In this document: positions 27,104 to 36,979 of the stretch, in pieces
Layout of the letters: each line of letters starts with the position of its first letter
How positions within the stretch are numbered: position 1 is the stretch's first letter
Assembly: GCA_965204375.1 (NCBI GenBank)
Contig: OZ241986.1
Location: 6,016,001 to 6,080,000, forward strand
DNA length: 64,000 nucleotides
From: Candidatus Latescibacterota bacterium
GTDB taxonomy: Bacteria > Latescibacterota > UBA2968
Direction of reading: 5' to 3'
Notes under the pieces: generated by a model
What the model was told of the DNA's origin: nothing
What the model saw: only the letters and a program-made list of their open reading frames with translations
The model's database searches: none
Translations under genes and position numbers: made by a program

Positions 27104-29434
27104 TTAGAAGCTCTTTGTCAATCCCGCATAGAGTGTTCGCCCGGGTAGTGAAGGGGTGTAGTCCAATCGTTTTTCATCGAATATGTTGTCGATACCCAAT
27201 TGGACTGTCGCGACTTTGCGTATGTGTTGAGATAAGGAGATGTGCCAGAGGTCATAACCCGGTGCATATTCTTCTGGTGCGTCTAAGATGGTATTTAAGT
27301 TGCGGTCACGATAACCGTATTGTCCCCGATAAATACCGCGCAAACTTCCACTAAAACCGAGTTTTTCATTGTGAAAAAAGAATCGCATAGTAGCCATGTG
27401 TTTTGAGCGGTTGTACAAACCGCCGTATTCGGATATTTCAACGTGGCGCAGCTTGTTGGTTTCAGTGTCAATTTTTACAATTTGATCGGCTTCGATTTTG
27501 TCCAGGACTTCTCGATCCCCGGTTTCCAAATACTGATAGCCCGCGGATAAGGTCACGCCTGAGAATGGGTTTAGTGTGAGTTCGCTTTCTATGCCTTTGG
27601 TAAAGACGCGATTGAGGTTGAAATAGGTATAGACACTCTGCCCGCTCATTTTACGCGCGATGGGTGAGGCTTCGATAAGGTCCTGTACGTTATTGTGGAA
27701 GAAATTGATTTTGGCAGATATACTGCGTAGGGGGGTGATTTCAATGCCTCCGTTATACGAAACCGCACTTTCGGCGCGAATCTGTTCCAGTGATTCAACA
27801 TCTTGCAAGACGGCGGCAATACGGCCTTCGCGTTGTAGTAATGCCAGTCCTTCGCGCATGTATGTTGATCCCAGAACAGAATAACCCACGGAGGGATTTG
27901 TAAAATCCAGATACAATTGCTGAAAGGTGGGTGCTTTGAAACCACTGCCGATAGAGGCGCGAAGACGCAGAGAGGGTATCGGTTTGATGAGGAGTGCTGC
28001 TTTGGGACTCAGACGGGTTGCGTAATCGCTGTGTGCATCAATGCGTCCGCTGAGGACGATGTTGAGATAGGTGGTGGGCAACCATTCTTCTTGCAAAAAA
28101 GCAAAGGTATTTTGCGAGGTTTGCCGCCCACCTGTGATGCGGTCTGCTTTGACCGATTCCCAAATGCTTCCTGTGCCTATTGTGAGCAGATTTGTTTTGC
28201 CCAGGAGTTTTTGGGCCTGTACTTCGGCTTTGTGATAGTTTTGGACAAAAGTTGAGGCAGAGTAGGTCTCGCCGCTGTTGCGATAGGTGAGTGCGCTTTT
28301 GGTGCGGTACCTGGTGGTATAAAATTTTCCCGTTATCTGGAAACCGGGGGTCCATTGGAAGACGATTTTGGGATTGATATTCCAATCCGTCAGTCGCGCA
28401 TCGCTGTGGATGGCTTCTATCGCGTTGTTTGCGTAGATCTCATCCAGGCTGTATTGGTCTTCTACAAATACCCGCGCTGCAAGCGATAGCGTGGTTCGTT
28501 GATTGGGGCGGTAAACGATTTTGGGATTTAACGTGTAGGTGACGTATTCAGGCGCGGTTGGAGAAATCGTTTCAGGGGTGTGGTCATATCCGTCACTTTG
28601 GCTTCTGTCGATAAAGAATGAGATTCCAATATCGCGTTGGCGGGTTTCTAATTCGCCAGTGAAATTTAAGGAGCCAAAGCTGCCATAGCGCGGACGCACA
28701 GATATGGAGAATGGTTTTTCAGGCATTCGCGTGATGAGGTTAATCACACCGGCGAGTGCCTCACTGCCATAGAGCGATGATGTTGGCCCTTTGACGATTT
28801 CTACTTGTTCGAGATTGTTTACCAAAAAGCGGTCCAGGTCGAGTGTTCCCGCTGTGCGTCCGATGATGGGTTCGCCATCGAGGAGAATAAGCGTATAATC
28901 GGGGTCAAATCCCTGCATCTGAACGCCCATGCCGTGATCGGATATGACGGCCAACCCGGTTTGTTCGGCCAGCAAGCCTCTCAGATTTATTACGCCAGAT
29001 GCATCGATTTCTCGTTTGGTAATGACCTGCGTTTGGATGGGCGCATTTTCGACTTTGCGAGACGATTTGGTGCCTGTGACAACAATCGGCGGCAATGCAA
29101 TATTCTCGGGTGTCAACATGATGGTCATTCGAGCGGTGATGTTTGTCGAGATTTTTATCTCTTTTTGTATGGGATGATATCCTACCAGACGCGCTATAAG
29201 GACGTATTCACCAGCTGGCACATTGTTGAGAGAAAACCGTCCTGTCGATGAACTTACAGTTCCCAGTGATGTATTTGCAATGGTTATATTCACATTGGGC
29301 AGCGGCGTTCTTTCAGATGTTTGCACCACCCCTTGAATCCGGCCCGTTTCGTGTTTTGCAGCGACGGCATTGCATTGCCAGATCAGGAAGAGGAGCAGTC
29401 CAAGCCATTTCATTCCATTCATTACGTATCTCAT
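27104..29434 (-). CDS. TonB-dependent receptor, probable heme receptor (HmuR-like)
   Basis: Signal peptide, carboxypeptidase-like N-domain, IVVTGT box, plug QVEIVKGPTSSLYGSEALAGVINLIT, FKAP motif, terminal F; adjacent to hmuY. Confidence 0.88.
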   Translation of the reverse strand: MRYVMNGMKWLGLLLFLIWQCNAVAAKHETGRIQGVVQTSERTPLPNVNITIANTSLGTVSSSTGRFSLNNVPAGEYVLIARLVGYHPIQKEIKISTNITARMTIMLTPENIALPPIVVTGTKSSRKVENAPIQTQVITKREIDASGVINLRGLLAEQTGLAVISDHGMGVQMQGFDPDYTLILLDGEPIIGRTAGTLDLDRFLVNNLEQVEIVKGPTSSLYGSEALAGVINLITRMPEKPFSISVRPRYGSFGSLNFTGELETRQRDIGISFFIDRSQSDGYDHTPETISPTAPEYVTYTLNPKIVYRPNQRTTLSLAARVFVEDQYSLDEIYANNAIEAIHSDARLTDWNINPKIVFQWTPGFQITGKFYTTRYRTKSALTYRNSGETYSASTFVQNYHKAEVQAQKLLGKTNLLTIGTGSIWESVKADRITGGRQTSQNTFAFLQEEWLPTTYLNIVLSGRIDAHSDYATRLSPKAALLIKPIPSLRLRASIGSGFKAPTFQQLYLDFTNPSVGYSVLGSTYMREGLALLQREGRIAAVLQDVESLEQIRAESAVSYNGGIEITPLRSISAKINFFHNNVQDLIEASPIARKMSGQSVYTYFNLNRVFTKGIESELTLNPFSGVTLSAGYQYLETGDREVLDKIEADQIVKIDTETNKLRHVEISEYGGLYNRSKHMATMRFFFHNEKLGFSGSLRGIYRGQYGYRDRNLNTILDAPEEYAPGYDLWHISLSQHIRKVATVQLGIDNIFDEKRLDYTPSLPGRTLYAGLTKSF

Positions 29435-29477
29435 AAGAGCCTCTTTTCCAGGTATTGCTGCTGGAAATAGTATTGGT

Positions 29478-29918
29478 TTAGTTGAGATGAATGTGTTGTG
29501 GGTTGTGATGTGTTTGAGGCAAGGGTGGTAGTATCATACCTGAGAAGTCGTCGCATTCTTTTGGGAAGTCGTCGCATTCTTTTCGCGTGGGCAAAATGCC
29601 TGCGATCTCGCAGTCTTCGATAAATTCCAGGCGTTCCTGGGCGCTGGCGAGGCTGTCGCTCATAAGGCAAAAGTCATCTGCTGGAAGCACCAGTGTTGTC
29701 GATCCATAATTGACCGTGATATGTGAAGCCTCAACCGTGCCCTGTTCGATCTGGCTGCGTATTGCAAAAATTGATTGGCACAATTTTGCAAAGCAAGTCA
29801 GGCACATGCAGATATTGACATAGCCGTAAAAGAGGCAGACGTGGTCCTCTTTGTAGCGATAAACACAGATTGGGTGTGTGCCTTCGGTGTTGTTCGCCAG
29901 GATTTGTGAATTGTCCAT
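29478..29918 (-). CDS. Cys/His-rich hypothetical protein (possible N-terminal extension to TTG 30107)
   Basis: SD GGAGGA before ATG 29918; internal two-fold pattern HVCLFYG..F..L / HITVNYG..F..M; 21-bp tandem duplication encoding KECDDF twice. Confidence 0.6.
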   Translation of the reverse strand: MDNSQILANNTEGTHPICVYRYKEDHVCLFYGYVNICMCLTCFAKLCQSIFAIRSQIEQGTVEASHITVNYGSTTLVLPADDFCLMSDSLASAQERLEFIEDCEIAGILPTRKECDDFPKECDDFSGMILPPLPQTHHNPQHIHLN

Positions 29919-30103
29919 GGTATGTTCCTCCAAATAGTTAGTGATTTGGTTGCAGTTGGATGGGGTGGGCGATCTTTTTTTATATTCGCTACCCAAATTG
30001 TGCGCCAGAATGAGTGCCATTAAGAGTGTCCAGATGAAAACGCCAGAGGGGATGCACAGCAACAAGGATGCCCCACTACTCACGAAAATGAGCGTTTTGG
30101 TTG

Positions 30104-31765
30104 TCAAGTCACAGGCTCCTCTTTGACTCTGGACGAAGGCCACATTGCACTGCGCCACAACAAATAGAACCAACCGATGATGGCCCCGAGAGTGAGGGCC
30201 GCGAAAATTGCGATAGTAGCCCAGACGCCCGTTGGCGTATCGGGCAGAGAAGATGCAACTGGTGGGCCGGGTATCGCGCCTGGCCCCTCAAATACGGTTT
30301 TGTAAGTGGTATTGTCCCACATTGCGATTTGCAATTGAAGCGGGGTATTGGGTTTTGTGGTGAGGGTGGCCGTTGGTGCAGATGCCATTCCTTTCAAATT
30401 GACGGATTCGCCCTCCAATTCGCTTATAGAGACCTCTTTGTAATTTGGAAAACCCTCGCCCAAAAATTTTGCGGTGAGTCGCATGCCTTCTGGTGGATTG
30501 CAAGGAACTGCACAGGTCATTTTTATTTGATAGGGGCCAACGGGTTGCTCCGTGATGACAAATGGCGGGGCGGTTTGTGCGCCGTAATTGTAAATGCCTT
30601 CAATTGTGGAGAATACCGCGACAATAAAATATGCCAGCGTGAGAATGAAGGACACGGTTGCACCGCGCAGCCACGGAAATGTTTGTGCAGGAATAGATTT
30701 TTTGCGCACTACCCATAAGTACGTACCTGCTAAAATTGAAAACGACAGCATCAATCCAAAGATGCACCAGATGATTTTGGTTGCGAGACCGCCGAAATAG
30801 CCAAAGTGAAGGGGATCTACCAGATCTGTAATGAAAGGTATGGCTGTGAGGTCTGCGCTGTGTTGGATGGCAATAACTTCGCCGCTAAATGGATGCAGCA
30901 GTACTTTGTTGGCGCGATCTCTGACGAGTGGATTGCCCGCTTGTCCGTCTAAATAGACCGGTGCGCCAATGCGGGTTGGCAGGCGCAGAGATCGGATTGT
31001 TAGGCCGGGAAACGCCGCCTGAGCGCGTTTTGCGTATTCGTTGGGCGCATGCAGCGTGGGCTGTGGACCGTAATTGTCGAGTGATGTTTTATCGACCTGA
31101 GGAAGAGGCGGTGGCAGCAATGTTTTGTAGTTGTTTGCGGCTTGAAAACACACTTCAACAAAGTAGAACACGCCTGTGGCCGCACTCAGGAAGACGAATA
31201 GAAGTATCCATATTCCCGTGGTTTTGTGCAGGTCTGACCAGAGCCTGCGCGGTCCTCTATCTGCGCGTAGTGAGAACAATTGTTTGAGCCAGCCTTTGTA
31301 AAAAAAGAATCCAGACAGACTTGATATGAGCAATGCAAATGCGGTGAGCGTGACGAGGACGATGCCCCGCGTGCCGTCAAAAAAACGCCGGTGAAAAGTG
31401 CGAAAAAAACGCTGCACATTAAAAAAACTGGTATGGCCTTTTAGTACGCCGGTATATGGGTCGAGATAGACTTTTCGCGTTTGTCCGTTTAGGGATACAT
31501 ACGCCAGGGCAGCAAAACCATTGCCTTCGGGTGCATAAATGCCCGACGCGATTCCGTCGGGAAACTCATCGCCCAATGTTTTGTACATTGCACTCCAGTC
31601 ATAAGGCGCGTTGCGGGTTTCGACGCGCATTGCGGGATTGAACAACCAGTCTATTTCATGGGATAGAGTGGCAAATGATCCGGAAAAGCAGACCACAAAA
31701 AGCAGCAAGCCAGTGTTTAGCCCCAACCAGCCGTGCAGGCGAAAAAGTATCTTGCGCCAATTCAT
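30104..31765 (-). CDS. PepSY-associated TM helix protein (iron reductase-like)
   Basis: LHGWLGL, SGS, HEID, YLDPYTG, FHRRF, DLHKTTG, LHFGYFGG. Confidence 0.88.
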   Translation of the reverse strand: MNWRKILFRLHGWLGLNTGLLLFVVCFSGSFATLSHEIDWLFNPAMRVETRNAPYDWSAMYKTLGDEFPDGIASGIYAPEGNGFAALAYVSLNGQTRKVYLDPYTGVLKGHTSFFNVQRFFRTFHRRFFDGTRGIVLVTLTAFALLISSLSGFFFYKGWLKQLFSLRADRGPRRLWSDLHKTTGIWILLFVFLSAATGVFYFVEVCFQAANNYKTLLPPPLPQVDKTSLDNYGPQPTLHAPNEYAKRAQAAFPGLTIRSLRLPTRIGAPVYLDGQAGNPLVRDRANKVLLHPFSGEVIAIQHSADLTAIPFITDLVDPLHFGYFGGLATKIIWCIFGLMLSFSILAGTYLWVVRKKSIPAQTFPWLRGATVSFILTLAYFIVAVFSTIEGIYNYGAQTAPPFVITEQPVGPYQIKMTCAVPCNPPEGMRLTAKFLGEGFPNYKEVSISELEGESVNLKGMASAPTATLTTKPNTPLQLQIAMWDNTTYKTVFEGPGAIPGPPVASSLPDTPTGVWATIAIFAALTLGAIIGWFYLLWRSAMWPSSRVKEEPVT

Positions 31766-31813
31766 TTTGCCGTTCTATCCCGTTAGATGCCGTGTTGTTC
31801 AGGCCTTTTTTAA

Positions 31814-34204
31814 TCAGAATTGATAGCGGACGGTCGTGTCAAAGCTTCTGGGCGTGCCTCTAAACCCACCGATGCGACCGCCATAACCGCCTGGGAAATA
31901 TTCTTTGCCTGTGAGGTTGTGCAAATTGACGGCGATTTTGAATCGGTCGTAGCGGATGAATATGCCACCGTTGACGACAAAGTAAGAAGGCAGGTTGTCG
32001 TCTGTTTGGAACGTCGTGCGCTCGCTGAGATAACTGCCGCCCAGGGCGAAACCGATTTGAGAAGCTGGAGAAAGTGGCATATTATAGCGAGACCAGAATC
32101 CGATGGTGTTTTTTGGGTTATTTGGGTTCTTTTTTCCGACATTGTCCGGGTTGGTGTCTTTGGTAATTTCGGCTTTGAGGCTGCGCGCAAAACTGCCGTG
32201 TACACTCCAGCGGTCGGTGATAATACCGGCCATGTCGAGTTCGAAACCCTGGCTTTGAATTTCGCCAACCTGAACTCTGCGATCTGGCATGTCTTCGGGC
32301 GGGTTTGGATCTCTGAGAATGACATTTTCCTTGGTGATGTGATAAAGCGCGAGGGTGGTATTAAAACGGTTGTCTAAGAATGACGATTTCGCGCCGCCTT
32401 CTATTGTCCAGCTGTTTTCAGGATCAAAGGGGCCGCCATATCGGTCGGGGTCAAATGTGTAGCTGGAACGGACGGGTTCAAATCCCTGGCTATAACTCAG
32501 ATAGGTCGAGATTGACGGGATGAGCTTGAACACAGCACCGCCGCGCAAAGACCACTGAGAATCGCTGGCCCGGTTGTTCGATCCTTCTTCGGCTTTGTCT
32601 TCGAATGAGTCGTAGCGGGCACCTATCAGCACGTTGAGCTTATTACCGAGGGCGATCTGGTCTTGAAGATAAAAACCGAAGGCCGAGATGCGGTTGTTGA
32701 GGCGCGTGGTCAATTGGGAAATCCCTCGCGGAATATCTGCCCCGTAATAGGAATATTTGAGTGGGTTGTTTGCTTGCGCGAAAATGGGATTAAAGATATT
32801 GATATTGGGCACCGGCCCGCCCCGGCTGGCGTCTCGAGCGGTTGCAAAGCGGTAAAGACCTTCTGTGAGGGTGTATTCCACGCCCGAAAGTACCGTGTGG
32901 CTGATTGATGCGGCGTTGATATCGTAGATCAGGTTTGCGTTGACGGCTCGCTGCTGTTTTTCGCGATACTGATCTCGGAATTCGCGCAGCATGGTTTCGC
33001 CGTCGGCGAGCAGGCCGCGGGGTTCGTGATATTCTTGCCGCCGTTGGTTGGTCAGGTAACTGGCCGAAATGTCAAATTTAAGATGGTCTGAAAAGCGGTG
33101 GTCTGCGCGGAGGCGATAGACATAGGCTTCGATGCTGATAAAATCGTCGGGTTCGTTGACCGTATAATCGAGGGGAAGATCGACGAGTTCGTGGTTGAAA
33201 AAGGGGACGCCTCTATTGCGATGGCCTTTATTGAGTTCGTCAAACCATTCGCCGTTTATTGAAATAGATGTACGGTCTGTAGGCAGCCATATGAAACCGC
33301 CGTTGAAGGACGAGTAAATGAATTGTTCGTGTTGGCGGTATCCATCATCATTGGCATGGTTGACGTTGATTTTGTAGAGCAGTTTACCAAAACCAGGGGT
33401 TACGGGTACGGGTCCTGTTGAAGAGAAGTTTGCCTGAGATTTTGAATAGGATCCGAGCGTAAGCTTGAGTTCGTTTTTTTGTCGCGCACTTGGTTGTTTG
33501 GTAATGACGTTAATAAATCCACCGGGTCGCGATTGCCCATAGAGCGCGCCAGCAGGACCTTTGACCACTTCGACGCGTTCTACGTCGTCTAAGCGCATTC
33601 GGTTGAAGAAGCCGTGTACCTGATTGAGACCGTTTTGCTTGACCGCGCCGTCTCCTGTGGTGCGAAAGCCGCGCATGTTAAAGTCGAGGTATTCGCTGAA
33701 GGGATTGACGCCGCTGACGTTTTGCAGCACGTCAGTGAGATAGGTCAGCCCCTGGTCTTCGACGAGGTCGCCATTGATGATTTGGACGGACTGGGGCAAG
33801 TCGCGCAAAGCGGTGTTGGTGCGCGTTGCAGTGGTGCGGTCTGAGGCATACCCTTCTTCGACAACTGTGATTTCATTGAGGATGTATGGCGTGTCTTCAA
33901 TGAGGGTGATTGCGATTTTGGGGACTTGCTTTGGGGTGACAGATATGGTTTGTTCAATGGTTTTATAACCGAGATAACTCGCGATCAGGACATGGTCTCC
34001 GTGCGGCACATTGGGAATCACAAAGTACCCCTGGTTATCTGCCACAGCACCCAGGCGCGTGTTTTTGAGCACAATGCTCGCACCGGGAAGTGGATTATTT
34101 TTTTGATCTAAAACTTGTCCGCGAATAGTATTTGTTTGTGCGAGGACCGGTGTTGAATAGATCGCGAAAACAACGAGCAATAGTAACCGATAAAAATTTG
34201 ACAT
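31814..34204 (-). CDS. TonB-dependent siderophore receptor
   Basis: TATRTNTALRDLPQSVQII, ERVEVVKGPAGALYG..PGGFINVITKQP, terminal YQF; start at ATG 34204 with GGAG SD. Confidence 0.9.
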   Translation of the reverse strand: MSNFYRLLLLVVFAIYSTPVLAQTNTIRGQVLDQKNNPLPGASIVLKNTRLGAVADNQGYFVIPNVPHGDHVLIASYLGYKTIEQTISVTPKQVPKIAITLIEDTPYILNEITVVEEGYASDRTTATRTNTALRDLPQSVQIINGDLVEDQGLTYLTDVLQNVSGVNPFSEYLDFNMRGFRTTGDGAVKQNGLNQVHGFFNRMRLDDVERVEVVKGPAGALYGQSRPGGFINVITKQPSARQKNELKLTLGSYSKSQANFSSTGPVPVTPGFGKLLYKINVNHANDDGYRQHEQFIYSSFNGGFIWLPTDRTSISINGEWFDELNKGHRNRGVPFFNHELVDLPLDYTVNEPDDFISIEAYVYRLRADHRFSDHLKFDISASYLTNQRRQEYHEPRGLLADGETMLREFRDQYREKQQRAVNANLIYDINAASISHTVLSGVEYTLTEGLYRFATARDASRGGPVPNINIFNPIFAQANNPLKYSYYGADIPRGISQLTTRLNNRISAFGFYLQDQIALGNKLNVLIGARYDSFEDKAEEGSNNRASDSQWSLRGGAVFKLIPSISTYLSYSQGFEPVRSSYTFDPDRYGGPFDPENSWTIEGGAKSSFLDNRFNTTLALYHITKENVILRDPNPPEDMPDRRVQVGEIQSQGFELDMAGIITDRWSVHGSFARSLKAEITKDTNPDNVGKKNPNNPKNTIGFWSRYNMPLSPASQIGFALGGSYLSERTTFQTDDNLPSYFVVNGGIFIRYDRFKIAVNLHNLTGKEYFPGGYGGRIGGFRGTPRSFDTTVRYQF

Positions 34205-34303
34205 GTTGATTCTCCGCATTGATGAGACATTGGGGTTGAGAATTTTAAAAATCTGTACAACGCCATTTTCTTTTTGCGTCAATGGGGCATAAATTTTATG
34301 TTA

Positions 34304-34325
34304 TTAGAACATGCTGCACCTCCTT
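34304..34325 (-). promoter_or_regulatory. Perfect SD followed by a Met-Phe-stop mini-ORF
   Basis: Minus strand reads AAGGAGGT-gcagc-ATG TTC TAA TAA. Confidence 0.5.
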
Positions 34326-34402
34326 TGAGGTGTGGCTCTCTGCCATCGGTTTTTTGCTTTGACGGGCGATAACCGGTGGCATTTTATTTTTTTTACAGAA
34401 CG

Positions 34403-35785
34403 CTACAATGATTGCAAAAAAGCGAGCAGTGCGTCGCGGTCTGTTTTGGATAAGTTTCGCACGGCTTCGCGCGATTGTTCGGCTTCGCCGCCGTGGAACA
34501 TAATGGCTTCGAGCAAGGTTCTGGCTCTGCCATCGTGTAAGTAGGCCGGAACACCGCTGACGGTTTCTGTGAGTCCAATGCCCCACAGTGGAGGTGTTTT
34601 CCACTCGCGGCCATCGGCTTCGTAGTCCGGGCGATTATCGGCGAGGGCTTCGCCCATGTCGTGGAGTAGCAAATCGGTGTAGGGGTGAATGGTTTGTTCC
34701 GATAGGGATGAGATGCTGTGGTTGCCTGTTTTAAATGTGGTGGTATGGCAATTTGCACAACCGGTTGATTCAAAGAGTGCTTCGCCTTGCAATGCCTGTG
34801 GATCATCCCAATCGCGCCGCGCGGGTACGGCGAGTGTTTGTAAGTAAAATGTGGTGATGTCCAGTATTTCCTGTGAGATTTCCGGGTCGTCGTTGCGGCC
34901 GTCGTGCTGGGGTTGTCCCAGGACGGATTCTTGAGGGAAATAGGGGTTGGTAACGCCCATGTCTTCGTTGTACGCGCCGGCGGTCTGCTGCAAGAGATCG
35001 GGGTTGTTGGCTTTCAGTCCAAAGCGTCCCAGTTCCATTTGACCCGTTCGGAAATTGTACACGTAATTGGGGCGGCCCGATATGCCGTCTCGGTTGGCAT
35101 CTCCGGGATCTGATAGGGCGAGAATATCGGACTCGGGGATGGCTTCCAGGAGGCCGCGTCCAAATACGGGCGGGGCCATGCGTGCGGACAGGAGTACGCC
35201 AGCGGGTAGTGGTTGATATGCGTCAACAATGGTGTAGATGGGGTGTTTTAGATAAACTTGTTCGCCATCGGATAGGGTTTCCGTTGTTTCATAAAAGCTG
35301 ACCTGGACACGCGCTTCGAGTGCGACACCATAGTTTGAGCGGTCGCCGAGTTGGACGCCAAAGCCGGGGACGGGTACAGGGCCGCCGTGCGGGGTGAATC
35401 CGGGCAGGCTGACGCGCATGAGCATGGAGCCGACAAAGGGCGGTTCAGCGCCAAATGCACCGCGGCCTCGCCCGTCGCGCAGATGACATCCCACGCAAGA
35501 GGTGTGGCTAAATACGGGACCCAGGCCGGGGTTGACGTCTGCGGGCGCTGTGACAAAGACCTGTTCGAAGGCGGTGTCACCCGCAAAAAATTTGTCGAGT
35601 TCGTCGGGCGAGAGTGTTGGTATGGGCATTTCAAAAGCCTGACTGGATGCGTCAAAGACGGTTGCCTGTCCGCCAGATAGGGCGCTGTCAGGCGAAGGTA
35701 CGATATCGGGACCAACGGGCTTGTCGCTGCCACAAGCCCAAAAGAACAACATTGCGGCTATGGTGCATAAAAGATGTATTTTCAC
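34403..35785 (-). CDS. Di-heme oxidoreductase (DHOR) family lipoprotein
   Basis: Lipobox FWAC; GLGP, CVGCH and CANCH (two CxxCH), GRFGLKA, TDLLLHDMG, TPPLWGIG, LHDGRA. Confidence 0.88.
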   Translation of the reverse strand: MKIHLLCTIAAMLFFWACGSDKPVGPDIVPSPDSALSGGQATVFDASSQAFEMPIPTLSPDELDKFFAGDTAFEQVFVTAPADVNPGLGPVFSHTSCVGCHLRDGRGRGAFGAEPPFVGSMLMRVSLPGFTPHGGPVPVPGFGVQLGDRSNYGVALEARVQVSFYETTETLSDGEQVYLKHPIYTIVDAYQPLPAGVLLSARMAPPVFGRGLLEAIPESDILALSDPGDANRDGISGRPNYVYNFRTGQMELGRFGLKANNPDLLQQTAGAYNEDMGVTNPYFPQESVLGQPQHDGRNDDPEISQEILDITTFYLQTLAVPARRDWDDPQALQGEALFESTGCANCHTTTFKTGNHSISSLSEQTIHPYTDLLLHDMGEALADNRPDYEADGREWKTPPLWGIGLTETVSGVPAYLHDGRARTLLEAIMFHGGEAEQSREAVRNLSKTDRDALLAFLQSL

Positions 35786-35881
35786 GAGTGCAAACTCTTG
35801 ATCTGATTCAAAGGGTGTAGAAGGTGATGAAAATTGGCCGATAGGGCATCTGTAGTGCCTGCCCTATCGGTTTTTCTTTTT

Positions 35882-36958
35882 TTACTGTTCTGCGAGTACC
35901 AGAGACATAATATCGCCTTCGAGTGTTTGTTGCACGGTTGCAATGGCCTGTTGAGCCGCTGTTATTTGCGCGGCATCGGTGGCGAGAGCGTCGCGGAATG
36001 GGAAGGAGATTTTGCCAATTTCTGTAATGGCCGCCTGAATTTCAGCCTGAAAACGCTGGTCGAGGGCGGAGTTTTTGTCTTTGACAAATTCATCGAGTCC
36101 CACGGCTTCAACATTGTACCCACCCAGGTAAACATTTTGAATGCTGCGCATGTTGTCTTGAAAATCGAGGAGGGAGTTAAAGCTGAATTGCGATTCCACA
36201 AGGCGCGTATCTTTCTCGTTAAAGGGATCGGCAATTTTGCCGTTTCCAACTTCGTCGGCAATGCCAATCATGCCGTTGACCATTTCCTGGACAGCAGCTT
36301 TTTGCGTGGTGTAGGTGCTGCTTCCCGCGCCGGCATTGACCACCTGTGCGCGGAAGTTTTCACCGGATGCGATCCAACTGGTGTGTAGCGATACTGCCGC
36401 ATCTTTGAGCAATTCTGTTGCCGCGATCAAATAATCGTATTGGCGCGGGGTGAAGTCGTCGATGGTTTTGCTGCCGCCTTCGTCAAAGAGCAAAAATTCA
36501 ATGGTGTGAAAGCCCTTGAGTTCGTTGGCGAGGTTGTTTACGGATGTTTTGTTCAGGGGATCGCTGCTGCCCAGGACGCCTTCGAGATCCGTGCGGTTGA
36601 CCGGCCAGGAATCCAGCGCGGGGTCATAGCCGCTATAGTCAACGGGACCGAACAAAAAACCCTCGCTTTTTTCCCAGGGAGTACGCGAGGCCACCCATTT
36701 TGCGCGGGCTGTTCCCAGCGTAGCTGCCGAGGGATTGGTTTTGAGATTTTGCACCGCTGTGAGGAGTTCTGTGGCGACGTTGGCGAGGTCTTTGTAGGTC
36801 GGGATGACTGTTTTGTCGGCAAAGTCGGTCAAGATGGGTGAAAAATCGTATCCGGGATCGGGTTCTGGTTCTGGCGCGACCGGATTTTCGCCCTCGCTGC
36901 TACATGCCGCGAGGGAAAAGACGAGGATGATACCGAGTAAGGGTTTAATGCGTTTCAT
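35882..36958 (-). CDS. Imelysin-family (peptidase M75/IrpA-like) iron-regulated lipoprotein
   Basis: Lipobox LAAC; WEKSEGFLFGP, LDSWP, KGFHTIEFLLF (GxHxxE), EVGNGKI, ESQFSFNS. Confidence 0.88.
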   Translation of the reverse strand: MKRIKPLLGIILVFSLAACSSEGENPVAPEPEPDPGYDFSPILTDFADKTVIPTYKDLANVATELLTAVQNLKTNPSAATLGTARAKWVASRTPWEKSEGFLFGPVDYSGYDPALDSWPVNRTDLEGVLGSSDPLNKTSVNNLANELKGFHTIEFLLFDEGGSKTIDDFTPRQYDYLIAATELLKDAAVSLHTSWIASGENFRAQVVNAGAGSSTYTTQKAAVQEMVNGMIGIADEVGNGKIADPFNEKDTRLVESQFSFNSLLDFQDNMRSIQNVYLGGYNVEAVGLDEFVKDKNSALDQRFQAEIQAAITEIGKISFPFRDALATDAAQITAAQQAIATVQQTLEGDIMSLVLAEQ

Positions 36959-36979
36959 GGTGATTCTCCTTTAGAAAAG

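Noticed and set aside
29435-30103. Cobalamin riboswitch upstream of the TonB-dependent receptor
   Set aside because: No B12-box or conserved cobalamin core is visible; the hmuY and hmuTUV context favours heme.
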